From contig JANOAV010000181.1 of assembly GCA_031411295.1 (NCBI GenBank), positions 1-64,000 of the forward strand: a DNA stretch of 64,000 nt, given 5' to 3'. The notes beneath the pieces were generated by a model, which made no database searches, was not told where the DNA came from, and saw nothing but the letters and a program-made list of their open reading frames with translations. Source of the DNA: Verrucomicrobiales bacterium. GTDB lineage: Bacteria > Verrucomicrobiota > Verrucomicrobiia > Verrucomicrobiales > V1-33. This document shows positions 37,316 through 46,854 of this stretch, one piece after another; position 1 is the first letter of the stretch; every line of letters starts with the position of its first letter. The position numbers and the translations under genes were made by a program.

Positions 37316-38686
37316 ATGAACCGTCGTCATTTCCTAACCACCAGTGCGGCCGCAGGGCTTGCTCCGTCATTGTTGGCGCAGCAGTCGCCCATGCTCCCCG
37401 CGCAGGCGAAGTCAGTGATTATTTTCGTGACTCAGGGCGGCATGAGTCAGATGGATACCTTTGATCCGAAGCCAGCGTTGGATCGCTACGACGGCAAGAA
37501 ACTCACTCCGGAAATCATGCCGGGCATTGGGGAAGTGAAAACGTTCTTCGGCGGCAAGGACGGCTCGCCCATCATGCGCAGCCCCTACAAATTCACCCAG
37601 CGTGGTCAGTGCGGTATGGAAGTCTCCGAGCTGTTTTCAGCGCTGGGCGATTGCGTGGACGACATGTGTTTCGTGCGTTCACTAACATGCGATTCCAACA
37701 GTCACACTCCCGCCATGTTTCAGATGAACACCGGCAGCATTCAGCAGGGCTTCCCCTCGCTGGGTGCGTGGTTGCTCTATGGCCTGGGCAGCGAGAACGC
37801 GGACCTGCCAGGCTTCTGCGTCATGGTGCAGAAGAACGCGTTGGTGAATGGAGGTCCCGTCAACTGGGGCGCGGGCTTCCTTGGGGCAACGTTTCAAGGA
37901 ACCTATCTCCGCAGCGGCACCACGCCCATTTTGCATCTGGAAGCACCCAAAGATTTCCCTCCAGCGGCCCAGCAAGGCAGCCTGGAATTCCTCCGCGCGT
38001 TGAATCAGGAGCACCTCAAAGGACGCGAGGACGATACGAATCTCCATGCTCGACTAGCAAGTTATGATTTGGCCCTGCGCATGCAGGAGAAGATGCCCGC
38101 AGCCGTTAACATCGATGAGGAAAGCGAGGAAACGAAGAAACTTTACGGCCTCGACGATCCCGATTCCGAGGACACCGGGCGGAAGTGCCTGCTGGCGCGT
38201 CGGTTAGTAGAACGCGGTGTGCGTGTGGTGCAGATTTACAGCGGCTCAGCCCAATGCGGCGGCGCATGGGATGCCCACAGCGATCTGAAGAACGGCCATC
38301 GCAAATGCGCCAAATCGATTGATCGCCCCGTAGCCGGATTGCTGCGGGATTTGAAAGCCCGTGGATTGCTCTCGCAAACCCTGGTCGTGGGACTCAGCGA
38401 ATTCGGCCGCATGCCCATTTCCCAAGGCGGCAGTGGTCGCGACCACAACCCCGCCGCGCAAACTGCGTGGCTGGCCGGAGCCGGCATCAAGGCCGGAACT
38501 GTCGTGGGCGGCACGGACGAACTCGGGTATCGCGCGGTGGAATCGCCCTATCACATGCGGGATTTGCACGCCACCATCCTGCGACTCATGGGCTTGGACG
38601 ACATGCGCCTGACCTACTATTTCAACGGCAGAAATTATCGTCTCACCGAAAATGGCGGCCAACTGATTGCCCAGGCTCTGACATGA
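37316..38686 (+). CDS. DUF1501 family protein (Tat signal)
   Basis: MNRRHFL, GGMSQMDTFDPKP, PSLGAWLLYGLG, WDAH, SEFGRMP, GRDHN. Confidence 0.93.
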   Translation: MNRRHFLTTSAAAGLAPSLLAQQSPMLPAQAKSVIIFVTQGGMSQMDTFDPKPALDRYDGKKLTPEIMPGIGEVKTFFGGKDGSPIMRSPYKFTQRGQCGMEVSELFSALGDCVDDMCFVRSLTCDSNSHTPAMFQMNTGSIQQGFPSLGAWLLYGLGSENADLPGFCVMVQKNALVNGGPVNWGAGFLGATFQGTYLRSGTTPILHLEAPKDFPPAAQQGSLEFLRALNQEHLKGREDDTNLHARLASYDLALRMQEKMPAAVNIDEESEETKKLYGLDDPDSEDTGRKCLLARRLVERGVRVVQIYSGSAQCGGAWDAHSDLKNGHRKCAKSIDRPVAGLLRDLKARGLLSQTLVVGLSEFGRMPISQGGSGRDHNPAAQTAWLAGAGIKAGTVVGGTDELGYRAVESPYHMRDLHATILRLMGLDDMRLTYYFNGRNYRLTENGGQLIAQALT

Positions 38687-38705
38687 AAAGCCACCCACCC
38701 AAGGA

Positions 38706-38726
38706 GGAGGGCTTTGCAAGCCCTCC
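38706..38726. repeat. Intergenic hairpin (REP-like or mRNA-stabilising)
   Basis: GGAGGGCTT-tgc-AAGCCCTCC with no U-tract. Confidence 0.5.
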
Positions 38727-38795
38727 ACAACATGCTTATCCGCCAAGCCTGCCGAGGGAAGAGGGCGCTCCTGTCACCATTACAACTCACCCGCC

Positions 38796-39836
38796 ATGCT
38801 GAAATCCACCTTTAAATTCCTGGCCCTGACGCTGCTAGCATCCACCAGCCTAGCTCTGGCCGCAGAGACTTCTGCCGACGTCTCTAAACTCGCTAACGAA
38901 GTGCGCACCAAAGGCTGGATTGCGTTCCCGGCTCGCTCCGCCGCAGGCGATTGGGATTTGTTTCTCATGCGCTCGGATGGTTCCGAGCGACGCAACATCA
39001 CCAACACGCCAAACATCAACGAATCCTATCCACTCTTCTCGCGCGATGGTTCACGCCTGCTGTTCCGCCGTTTACCCAAGAGCGAAACGATTGATGGTAA
39101 TCGCTACGGAGACCAAGGTGTGCCGGTCATCGCGAAAGCCAACGGAACCGATCCCAAGGAGTTAGGCAAGGAAGGAGACTTGCCGTGGGCCAGTTGGAGT
39201 TCGGATGGGAAAAAGTTCGCCTGTTTGTCACTGAAAGGAATTTCCTTCGTCGATGCCGAGACCGGCAAAACGCTGCGCACCTTGAAACGGAATGGCTTCT
39301 TTCAACAGCTAATTTGGTCGCCCGATGGCAAATGGCTCAGTGGCGTCTCCAACGCGTTTGGAGCCGGTTGGATGGTGGCCCGCATGAATGTGGAAACGGG
39401 CGAAGCCAACGCCGTGAGTCAGCAGGACAACTGCACGCCCGATTGGTTTCCTGACAGCAAACGCATGATCTTCTCCAACCGTCACGCATCGGATGTTAGT
39501 CTCGGCAAGACCGGCTGGACCCAGCTCTGGATGGCAGATCCAGATGGCCAGCATCTTCAGTTAGTCTATGCTGAAGATGGTCGCCACATTTACGGCGGAC
39601 ACATTTCCCCAGATGGAAACTACGTCCTCTTTACCGGCAACCCTCAGGAGGATGGCGATCCCGCCAATGGCGGAGCCCCCATGGCTCTCATGCGGGTGGC
39701 AGATGCGCCAATCCTCGGCAAGGAAACGCCTACCCTGCGCAAACTCCATCCCAACGCCAAGACCGGCCCCGTGCTGCCACTTCCCGCAGGCTGGGAACCA
39801 TGTTGGACCGCAGCGGAAATCACCTTTGCCAAATGA
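38796..39836 (+). CDS. TolB-like beta-propeller (PD40 repeats), secreted
   Basis: Signal peptide. Repeated FSRDG, WSSDG, WSPDG, WFPDS, ISPDG motifs. Confidence 0.85.
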   Translation: MLKSTFKFLALTLLASTSLALAAETSADVSKLANEVRTKGWIAFPARSAAGDWDLFLMRSDGSERRNITNTPNINESYPLFSRDGSRLLFRRLPKSETIDGNRYGDQGVPVIAKANGTDPKELGKEGDLPWASWSSDGKKFACLSLKGISFVDAETGKTLRTLKRNGFFQQLIWSPDGKWLSGVSNAFGAGWMVARMNVETGEANAVSQQDNCTPDWFPDSKRMIFSNRHASDVSLGKTGWTQLWMADPDGQHLQLVYAEDGRHIYGGHISPDGNYVLFTGNPQEDGDPANGGAPMALMRVADAPILGKETPTLRKLHPNAKTGPVLPLPAGWEPCWTAAEITFAK

Positions 39837-40303
39837 AACTCCACCACCTGATCCTCATCGCGCTGGCATTCATCGGACTAACCGCCTGCGAAAAGAAATC
39901 GGCCGCAGCGGCCGCGCCCGATCCCCATCTCGCCACCCAAGGCACCATCGAAGTAACCGCCCGCCTCCTGGAAATCCCGGAAGGAGCCATCTTCCAACGC
40001 GATCTCTACGATTACGCTGCCATTTTGAAATACGAGGTAGTCACCGTCCACCGAGGCTCTCTTGAGAAAGGCACCACCATCTACATCGGTCATTACAACC
40101 CCACCAAACCAAGGTCCGAAGCCGCCGACAAACGCGTCAAAGACCTCGGCGGAAACCTCCGCCAATTTCGCACCGGAGACCTCCACCACATGGCCCTGGA
40201 AACACCCATGGACGAACACTACCTCGGCGGCATCGTGGACAAATATTTCGGCAAACACCAAGGCCCCACCCACTGGGCCGTATGGACGGACTTGGAGAAG
40301 TGA
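39833..40303 (+). CDS. Hypothetical lipoprotein
   Basis: ATGA overlap with the upstream stop. Lipobox LTAC. Confidence 0.8.
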   Translation: MKLHHLILIALAFIGLTACEKKSAAAAAPDPHLATQGTIEVTARLLEIPEGAIFQRDLYDYAAILKYEVVTVHRGSLEKGTTIYIGHYNPTKPRSEAADKRVKDLGGNLRQFRTGDLHHMALETPMDEHYLGGIVDKYFGKHQGPTHWAVWTDLEK

Positions 40304-40326
40304 AGGTTAAAGCTGTGCATCAATCA

Positions 40327-40361
40327 TTGACAATTGCATCTGATGCTGATTATCTTACCTG
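40327..40361 (+). promoter_or_regulatory. Sigma70-type promoter with GCATC-N-GATGC operator for the second TA operon
   Basis: TTGACA (40327-40332), 18 nt, TATCTT (40351-40356), 5 nt, ATG. Palindrome GCATCTGATGC lies in the spacer. Confidence 0.65.
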
Positions 40362-40604
40362 ATGAGAACCACCCTAGATATTGATTTGGATGTTCTAAAG
40401 GCAGCTAAAGAAATGGCCATTAGGACAAAGCGCACATGTGGCCAAGTCCTATCTGATTTGGCTCGGAATTCCCTAGTCGGAAACAAGTCTTCCAGAAATG
40501 TCTCTCCTGTCCTGGTGAACGGTTTTGAGATCTTACACGCGGACGATCGAGTAGTTACTCCGGAACTCGTGCAAAAACTCATGGAGGAATCAGATCTGCC
40601 ATGA
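40362..40604 (+). CDS. vapB: VapB-type ribbon-helix-helix antitoxin
   Basis: MRTTLDIDLDVLKAAKE...GQVLSDLAR. ATGA overlap with the toxin. Confidence 0.88.
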   Translation: MRTTLDIDLDVLKAAKEMAIRTKRTCGQVLSDLARNSLVGNKSSRNVSPVLVNGFEILHADDRVVTPELVQKLMEESDLP

Positions 40605-41029
40605 TCGCTTTGCTGGATGCCAATATGTTGATCGCCCTATTCGATGCGGCTCATATTCACCATCGAGACGCGCACACTTGGCTTGCTAAGAATCGATCCC
40701 GCGGTTGGGCTACCTGTCCGCTTACCCAAAATGCCTGCGTCCGCATCATTTCGCAGGCAAATTACCCCGGTCGCTTGCCAATTGCCGACATTACACGTCG
40801 CCTGAGTCAAGCCACGTCCGCGGTCGATCATCATTTCTGGCTGGATGATGTGAGCATCTGTGATACCGCATTGTTCGACTACTCGGTAATGCTAACGTCG
40901 CGCCATTTAACAGACCACTATCTGCTTGCTTTGGCTATGACTCGAAAAGGTTGCTTGGTCACGTTTGACAAAGGCATCCTTTTACCCCCGGTGCGTGGTG
41001 CGACTTCAAGGAACCTGCTCGTTCTTTGA
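40601..41029 (+). CDS. vapC: VapC-family PIN-domain toxin
   Basis: LLDANMLIALFD..H.HH, WATCPLTQ, LTDHYLLALA, LVTFD. Confidence 0.92.
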   Translation: MIALLDANMLIALFDAAHIHHRDAHTWLAKNRSRGWATCPLTQNACVRIISQANYPGRLPIADITRRLSQATSAVDHHFWLDDVSICDTALFDYSVMLTSRHLTDHYLLALAMTRKGCLVTFDKGILLPPVRGATSRNLLVL

Positions 41030-41075
41030 CTCGACTAACTCACCAAAGCCAACGAATAACACAGGAGTCCACTGC

Positions 41076-43382
41076 ATGAAACATTTCCTGCTCCCCCTCC
41101 AATTGCTGGCACTGACATGCTCAGTGGCTGGGGAGATTGATTTTCATGATCAGGTGAAGCCGTTGCTGGCGGTGCACTGCGTGAAGTGTCATGGGGCGGA
41201 GGAGGCGAAGGGTGGGTTGCGATTGAATACTGCGGAAGCGGCTTTGCGCGGTGGGGAATCGGGGGCGGTGATTGTTCCAGGCGCGGCTGCGCAGAGTGAG
41301 TTGATCAAGCGCATTTCATCACATGAGGCCGATGAACAAATGCCCCCGAAAGGCGCCCGGCTCACGATTAGCGAGATTTCCACGCTGCGTCAATGGATCG
41401 ATGAAGGTGCCAAATGGCCGACGGAAGATCGCTATTGGGCATTCCAACCCCTACGGGAAATGGCGGTGCCTGCGGGAAAGGAAGCGAATCCGATTGATCG
41501 GTTCATTGGGGCGCGGTTGGCCGGAGAAGGTATTTCCCCAGTGCCTCAAGCGGAGGCGCGGACGTTGCTGCGACGGGCTTGCTTTGACTTGCTAGGAATG
41601 CCACCGACTCCGGAGGAAGCGGACGCGCTGCTGAAACTTTCATTTCCACAACAAGTGGACAAGTTGCTGGCGGACTCACGCTACGGTGAGCGCTGGGCTC
41701 GGCATTGGCTGGATGTGGTGCGTTACGCGGAGAGCAATGGCTATGAGGATGACAAGCTGCGGCCCCATGCATGGCGGTATCGGGATTATGTGATTCGGGC
41801 GCTGAATGACGACAAGCCTTATGATCGCTTCGTGCAGGAGCAGATCGCTGGGGACGAGATGTGGCCGGAGGAGCCGGATGCTTGGATCGCGACTGGATTC
41901 GCTCGGTTAGGGGCTTGGGATGGCATGTCCAAGGAGCCGGAGAAGCAACGGCAGGATTTTCTGAATGATGCCACGGACGCAGTGGGCGCGGCGTTTCTGG
42001 GGATGACGCTGGGCTGCGCGCGCTGCCATGATCACAAATACGATGCCATTTCCCACAAGGATTATTACGCCATGCAGGCCTTCTTTGCCGGGGCGCAGCG
42101 CGAGACTCCCACGATGAATGTGCCGCCGGTGGAACCGGAGTTTGTGACGAAGGCCTATCGGCTAGATCACGCGGAGCTGACGAAATTGTGCCAGGAAAGG
42201 GAGTCGCTCTGGGCGGCCTCCAAGAAGGCTTTGGAGACTTCAGACAAAAAGAAGATCGAGGATGATGCGGTGCGGAAACAAGCGGAGAAATCGCATCCCG
42301 GCCAACTCGAAAAACTGGACGCAGCCATCAAGCCATTGGAAGCACGCATCCGATTCCATGAGCCGAAAGCGGAGGCCGTGACGGGCGGAGCGGAAAAGAT
42401 TCACCTGCTGAAAGGGGGCGAGCTTTCCCGTCGAGGCGATGAAATTGCCCCTGGCTTCATCATTGCGATGACGCGCCCGAACGAGCCTGCTGCCGAGCCA
42501 AAACGCACTGCCTTGGCGCGCTGGCTCACGAAACCAGAGCATCCGCTGACGGCCAGGGTGATGGTGAATCGCGTCTGGCAGCATCATTTCGGAATCGGGT
42601 TAGTCGCCACGGCATCCGACTTCGGTCGCAATGGCCAACGGCCCACGCATCCGGAGTTAATGGACTGGCTGGCGGCCGAGTTCATTCGCTCCGGCTGGAG
42701 TGTGAAGCACCTGCATCGCCTGATCATGACCAGCGCAGCTTATCAACGCGCCTCCATTGCCAGCGATGCCGCCGTAGCCAAAGATCCGCAGGATAAACTT
42801 TACTGGCGCTACCGTCGTCAGCGATTGGAAGGTGAGGCGATTCGCGATACCATCCTGAGCGTGAGCGGCACGCTGAATCCAGCCATGGGTGGGCCCGGCG
42901 TCTATGCCAAGCTGCCGCAGGGTATCAACGTTGAGTTTCCCAACAACGACAAGGAACTCAGTTGGGGAACCGGCAGTGAAGCAGATGATCGCAGGCGCAG
43001 CATCTATCTTTTCCAGCGCAGGACGCTCACGTTCCCGCTGCTGGAAGTGTTCGATAGCGCGCCCATGAATCAATCCTGTGCCGCCCGCCCCCAAACCACC
43101 GTAGCCCCGCAAGCCCTGGCGTTGTTCAATGGCGAGTTCGCCCGCGAGCAGGCAGGACATTTCGCAGAGCGCCTGGTTAAGGAAGCCGGCAACGAGCCCG
43201 GGAAGCAAATCGAGCGTGCCTATCGCATTGCGTTCACCCGTGAACCCAGCGCTGTGGAGAAAAGCATGGCGCTAAAGTTTTTGGCAACGCAGCAAACTGT
43301 TCGACTGGGCGATCCGACGTTAGCGTTGGCGGATTTCTGTCATGCTTTACTCAACGCCAGTGAACTGATTTTCGTTGACTGA
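41076..43382 (+). CDS. Planctomycete cytochrome c + DUF1549 + DUF1553 (PSD1) protein
   Basis: AGGAG RBS, signal peptide, CVKCH, YGERWARHWLDVVRYAES, CARCHDHKYD, HPLTARVMVNRVWQHHFG. Confidence 0.93.
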   Translation: MKHFLLPLQLLALTCSVAGEIDFHDQVKPLLAVHCVKCHGAEEAKGGLRLNTAEAALRGGESGAVIVPGAAAQSELIKRISSHEADEQMPPKGARLTISEISTLRQWIDEGAKWPTEDRYWAFQPLREMAVPAGKEANPIDRFIGARLAGEGISPVPQAEARTLLRRACFDLLGMPPTPEEADALLKLSFPQQVDKLLADSRYGERWARHWLDVVRYAESNGYEDDKLRPHAWRYRDYVIRALNDDKPYDRFVQEQIAGDEMWPEEPDAWIATGFARLGAWDGMSKEPEKQRQDFLNDATDAVGAAFLGMTLGCARCHDHKYDAISHKDYYAMQAFFAGAQRETPTMNVPPVEPEFVTKAYRLDHAELTKLCQERESLWAASKKALETSDKKKIEDDAVRKQAEKSHPGQLEKLDAAIKPLEARIRFHEPKAEAVTGGAEKIHLLKGGELSRRGDEIAPGFIIAMTRPNEPAAEPKRTALARWLTKPEHPLTARVMVNRVWQHHFGIGLVATASDFGRNGQRPTHPELMDWLAAEFIRSGWSVKHLHRLIMTSAAYQRASIASDAAVAKDPQDKLYWRYRRQRLEGEAIRDTILSVSGTLNPAMGGPGVYAKLPQGINVEFPNNDKELSWGTGSEADDRRRSIYLFQRRTLTFPLLEVFDSAPMNQSCAARPQTTVAPQALALFNGEFAREQAGHFAERLVKEAGNEPGKQIERAYRIAFTREPSAVEKSMALKFLATQQTVRLGDPTLALADFCHALLNASELIFVD

Positions 43383-43394
43383 GCCAGCGCAATA

Positions 43395-46300
43395 TCAGGG
43401 CTTAAACGTGAATTTCCCGACATCGATGACCTGTTTGTTGTCCTTGAGCCGTCGCGTGATTGCTTGGCGCTGGGCATTGGGTTGGCCGAAGGCGGTTTGG
43501 AATTCCAATTGCACGGTGGTGGCACCGGCAAATTTCTGTTGGCGATTCCCATAATAGTTTGCCTCCACCGTATAGGTTCCTGGTAGCGCCCGTTTGATGG
43601 TGAAGACTTCTGGCCCGTAGCCTTGCGTGAAGTCGTTGCTCATGTGGCCGCCGGTCTTGGTTCGGTTGTAATTGTAAATGCAGGTCTCTCCCGCAGGATC
43701 GGTCACCCAGAGATCGATATCGGTGGCATCGGCATCCCAAGAGAGCACCACGCGAAGATCCACTGGCACGGGTTCGTTGAGGAAACGTTTCTCGACGCCG
43801 AGGGTCCGCACCTTTTCTTGGAAATCGGCAGGAAGCCGGGAAAACATGTCGTTGAGTTCATGAAGGACGATGATTTCGATGCCAGTAAAGCGGCCGTTGT
43901 CAGGTTTGCGAATGACCTCCCAGAGCAGACCAGCAGCTCTAACGGGATCGGGATTTTTCATGCGGGTGAGTGCAATTGCCAAGTCCCGCCTACTCTGCGG
44001 TTCTTCGCCCCGCATCTCCAGGACTGATTCCAACAAGGGCAATGCCAATTCATAGCGATCCTGCTGCATCAGGCGATAGGCCAAGATGCGCAGTAAGGGA
44101 GCGCTCTCCAATTCCATTTCTGCGAGATTCGAAACGATCCTCAAGCCTAGCCGAGCGTCTTTCTTCTCATCCCAGAAATAATCCGCACAGTCCAAGAAAA
44201 AGGCCGAACTACTAGCGTTCGCTTTGCGTTCCTTCATGTAGGCAGCATAGGGATCATCCGCTCCGCGAATCTTCTTTAAATACGGGGCGTCTGGATTCCA
44301 CGGCTTCACCTGAATGCTGCCGCTGAGTTTGGTTGACGAAGGTGTTGCCTCGTCTGCTCCGGCCATGGGCTTCGGCATTGCACCCCGACTTGGGGTAGGG
44401 CTAGCTACGGCTGGCGGTGGCGGTGGTGGTGGCGAGGCTGGAGCATAGCCAGCGCCACCCGCGGGAGCTGCAAAAGGGTCCGCCCCAGTATTTGGTCTTA
44501 GTTCTCCTCGGCCGCTGCGTAAACCATTGCTTAAACCACTTTCGCTTGCAGGCGTCGTTAGTGATTTGAATTGCGGATACTTCGCCACCAAATCCATGCG
44601 CTTTTGTTCCAGCGCATCCAGCTTTAACATCGTTGCCACCGCCGTTTTTTCCCAAGCCTGTCGAGTCTCCGGATTCTTGCCTTCCTTATTCCAACGTCCT
44701 TGCAAAGCGGCGCATTCGTCGAGGATGCTTTTGGCTTCGGCTAGCAACTGACCGTCAATGAGCGGTTTCCCTTTGGAGCTCTCCGCCTTGCTCATGGTTT
44801 GCCATAGTTTGACTTCTGCTTTGGCAGTTGGTTCCAGCACGGACTCCAGCCAGGGATGGCGCTTGCGATGCCATTCTTGAAATTCTTTCCACTGCTTGGC
44901 CACTTCCTCCAGATGCTTGGATTCATCCTTCATCACCCGATCCTTCGGTTCCTTCGCCAACAGTTTCTGATACTGTTTCTGCAACTCCTCTTCGGCTGGC
45001 TCAATCCGATAACGAACGTAATCTTCGATCCGATCCAACACCAGCAGTGAGGTGTTGCTGGTCACTACGCGATGCTCCATCCCCAACTTCTGAATCGCTT
45101 CAGCGTTGCGTTTGGGATCAAGCCCCAACTCCGCAATCCGTTGTTGCGCCCAAGCCCGCCGCAGGAAATCTCCATGCTCCGCAGGCAGGGCTTCCGCTGG
45201 ATCCAGCACAAAACGCTGCGTCACCTGCGACTTGCCACCATAGCCGAAACTCAATTCCAATTCGGTGCGTCCTTCACAACGTCCCGCCAGCGTAAAGCCC
45301 CCGGCTACCAAGGTCGGCAGTGCCGGCGCGAAATCTTCGGCCTTACCGCTAATGACTTTGGCCCCCAAATACTGGAAAGTGCCACCGGTCTGCACTAACG
45401 GTAAAGCAGTCGCGGTGTCCATCGTTAGCAAATTCACCACCACGCCCTGTCCTTGGCGGGCCAAGCGTTCCAGGCGATTCGTGTCCACCATAGCTGCCGC
45501 ATGGAGAAAAATCCAGCGTGCAGAACTCTTGCCATTTGCCGCGGTGAGGCCCGGTTCCTCGGTCGAGAAATTACTGAGTCCGTCCGTTACCACCACGATC
45601 TGATCTGCTCCCTTGACTTGATTAACATTGATACAGCCCAGCGAGGTCCCACCATCCAGTGGCAGCGCCTCGATGGCTTTGCGCAAGGCAGAGGCGTCGC
45701 CCTCCTTGATCTCAAATTTTACGGGCGCGTCAGCTTCATTGCGGAATGCCACCAATTCTACCTCCACCGCTCCCAGCGACTTGAGCCACGCTTCCAGAAA
45801 CGCCAACTCCCGCTTCCGATCCCGGTTCTCTGCGCTGCCGGAAGCATCATAGAATAAGGCAATCCGTTGTGCCGCCGCCGTGGCAGGGAGCACTTTGGGG
45901 AGCGCAGGTTCCACTCGCGCATTGAAATAAAGTTTCGCTGGTTCCAACTTTTCCGAAACCAGCAGCACTTGCGGTCGGTCCGCCACCTTGGGCACCGTAA
46001 AGGCCAGCGGTTTGTTTGCCTTGTAGTTTTCCTTGGTGATCTCCGCCACAAAACTATCACGCCATTTCTCAAACGAAATTGCCTCCGCCTCCTTCGTCTC
46101 TCCCACCGGGGCCTCCTCTTGTTTCACCACTTCGGCCCGCGCATGGAACCGCGCCAGTTTTTGGGAGAAGGTTAGCGGCAGCAGATAACGCAATCCCTTG
46201 GCGTCGGCTCCCAGCGCCTGCTCAAATGAGACTGAAACGCGCTTGGTGCCATTGGCGGGGATCGGATAAATGCGGGTGCGGAAGACGTTGCCCTTGGTCA

Positions 46301-46688
46301 GTTCCGCCAACCCAGGATCAATCCCTTGCCGCACTACGTCCTCGAAAATTTCCCGGCCCGTTTCCTTGGGCACAACTACGGCCTGCCGCAGTTTGCCCTC
46401 GATCTCCAAGGCGTAACCAGAAACCGTCTGCCCTTCCCCCAGTGGGAAAATCAGCTCCCCTTCAATGACGCGACCGTTCGGATTAGCGAACGTGATGTCC
46501 ATCGTCGTAGTCGCAAGATGCCCCCGAATTTTGATATCGACATCCACGCTCTCCACCGTCATCGGTTTCAATTTCCCCTGACCCTGGGCCGGTGGCAGGA
46601 AGATCGTCGGTGGTCGGATCGCTTGCGCCATGGCAGCACCAGTGAGGCATAAAACCGTGAGACCAGATAGAATAAGTTGTCGAGACAT
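43395..46688 (-). CDS. VIT + vWA-like + DUF2135 domain secreted protein
   Basis: VIT (FANPNGRVIEGELIFPL...DPGLAE...FRTRIYPIP), vWA-like (FYDASGS, DGGT, VTDG), DUF2135 (LSWDADATDIDLWVTDP...DFTQGYGPE). Confidence 0.88.
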   Translation of the reverse strand: MSRQLILSGLTVLCLTGAAMAQAIRPPTIFLPPAQGQGKLKPMTVESVDVDIKIRGHLATTTMDITFANPNGRVIEGELIFPLGEGQTVSGYALEIEGKLRQAVVVPKETGREIFEDVVRQGIDPGLAELTKGNVFRTRIYPIPANGTKRVSVSFEQALGADAKGLRYLLPLTFSQKLARFHARAEVVKQEEAPVGETKEAEAISFEKWRDSFVAEITKENYKANKPLAFTVPKVADRPQVLLVSEKLEPAKLYFNARVEPALPKVLPATAAAQRIALFYDASGSAENRDRKRELAFLEAWLKSLGAVEVELVAFRNEADAPVKFEIKEGDASALRKAIEALPLDGGTSLGCINVNQVKGADQIVVVTDGLSNFSTEEPGLTAANGKSSARWIFLHAAAMVDTNRLERLARQGQGVVVNLLTMDTATALPLVQTGGTFQYLGAKVISGKAEDFAPALPTLVAGGFTLAGRCEGRTELELSFGYGGKSQVTQRFVLDPAEALPAEHGDFLRRAWAQQRIAELGLDPKRNAEAIQKLGMEHRVVTSNTSLLVLDRIEDYVRYRIEPAEEELQKQYQKLLAKEPKDRVMKDESKHLEEVAKQWKEFQEWHRKRHPWLESVLEPTAKAEVKLWQTMSKAESSKGKPLIDGQLLAEAKSILDECAALQGRWNKEGKNPETRQAWEKTAVATMLKLDALEQKRMDLVAKYPQFKSLTTPASESGLSNGLRSGRGELRPNTGADPFAAPAGGAGYAPASPPPPPPPAVASPTPSRGAMPKPMAGADEATPSSTKLSGSIQVKPWNPDAPYLKKIRGADDPYAAYMKERKANASSSAFFLDCADYFWDEKKDARLGLRIVSNLAEMELESAPLLRILAYRLMQQDRYELALPLLESVLEMRGEEPQSRRDLAIALTRMKNPDPVRAAGLLWEVIRKPDNGRFTGIEIIVLHELNDMFSRLPADFQEKVRTLGVEKRFLNEPVPVDLRVVLSWDADATDIDLWVTDPAGETCIYNYNRTKTGGHMSNDFTQGYGPEVFTIKRALPGTYTVEANYYGNRQQKFAGATTVQLEFQTAFGQPNAQRQAITRRLKDNKQVIDVGKFTFKP

Positions 46689-46854
46689 ACCTCAGCGTAA
46701 TGGATTAAGAGAGAAAAGAAAAGCCATGATTTCCTGACTACGCATCCCGGGATTGATGACTTTCAAGAAATCCGCTTTCTATCCGCACCACGATATTTGC
46801 GTCCCAACTTCCCCGACCGATGCTGTAGGCCTGTTTCAACCACTTCATTAGTTC

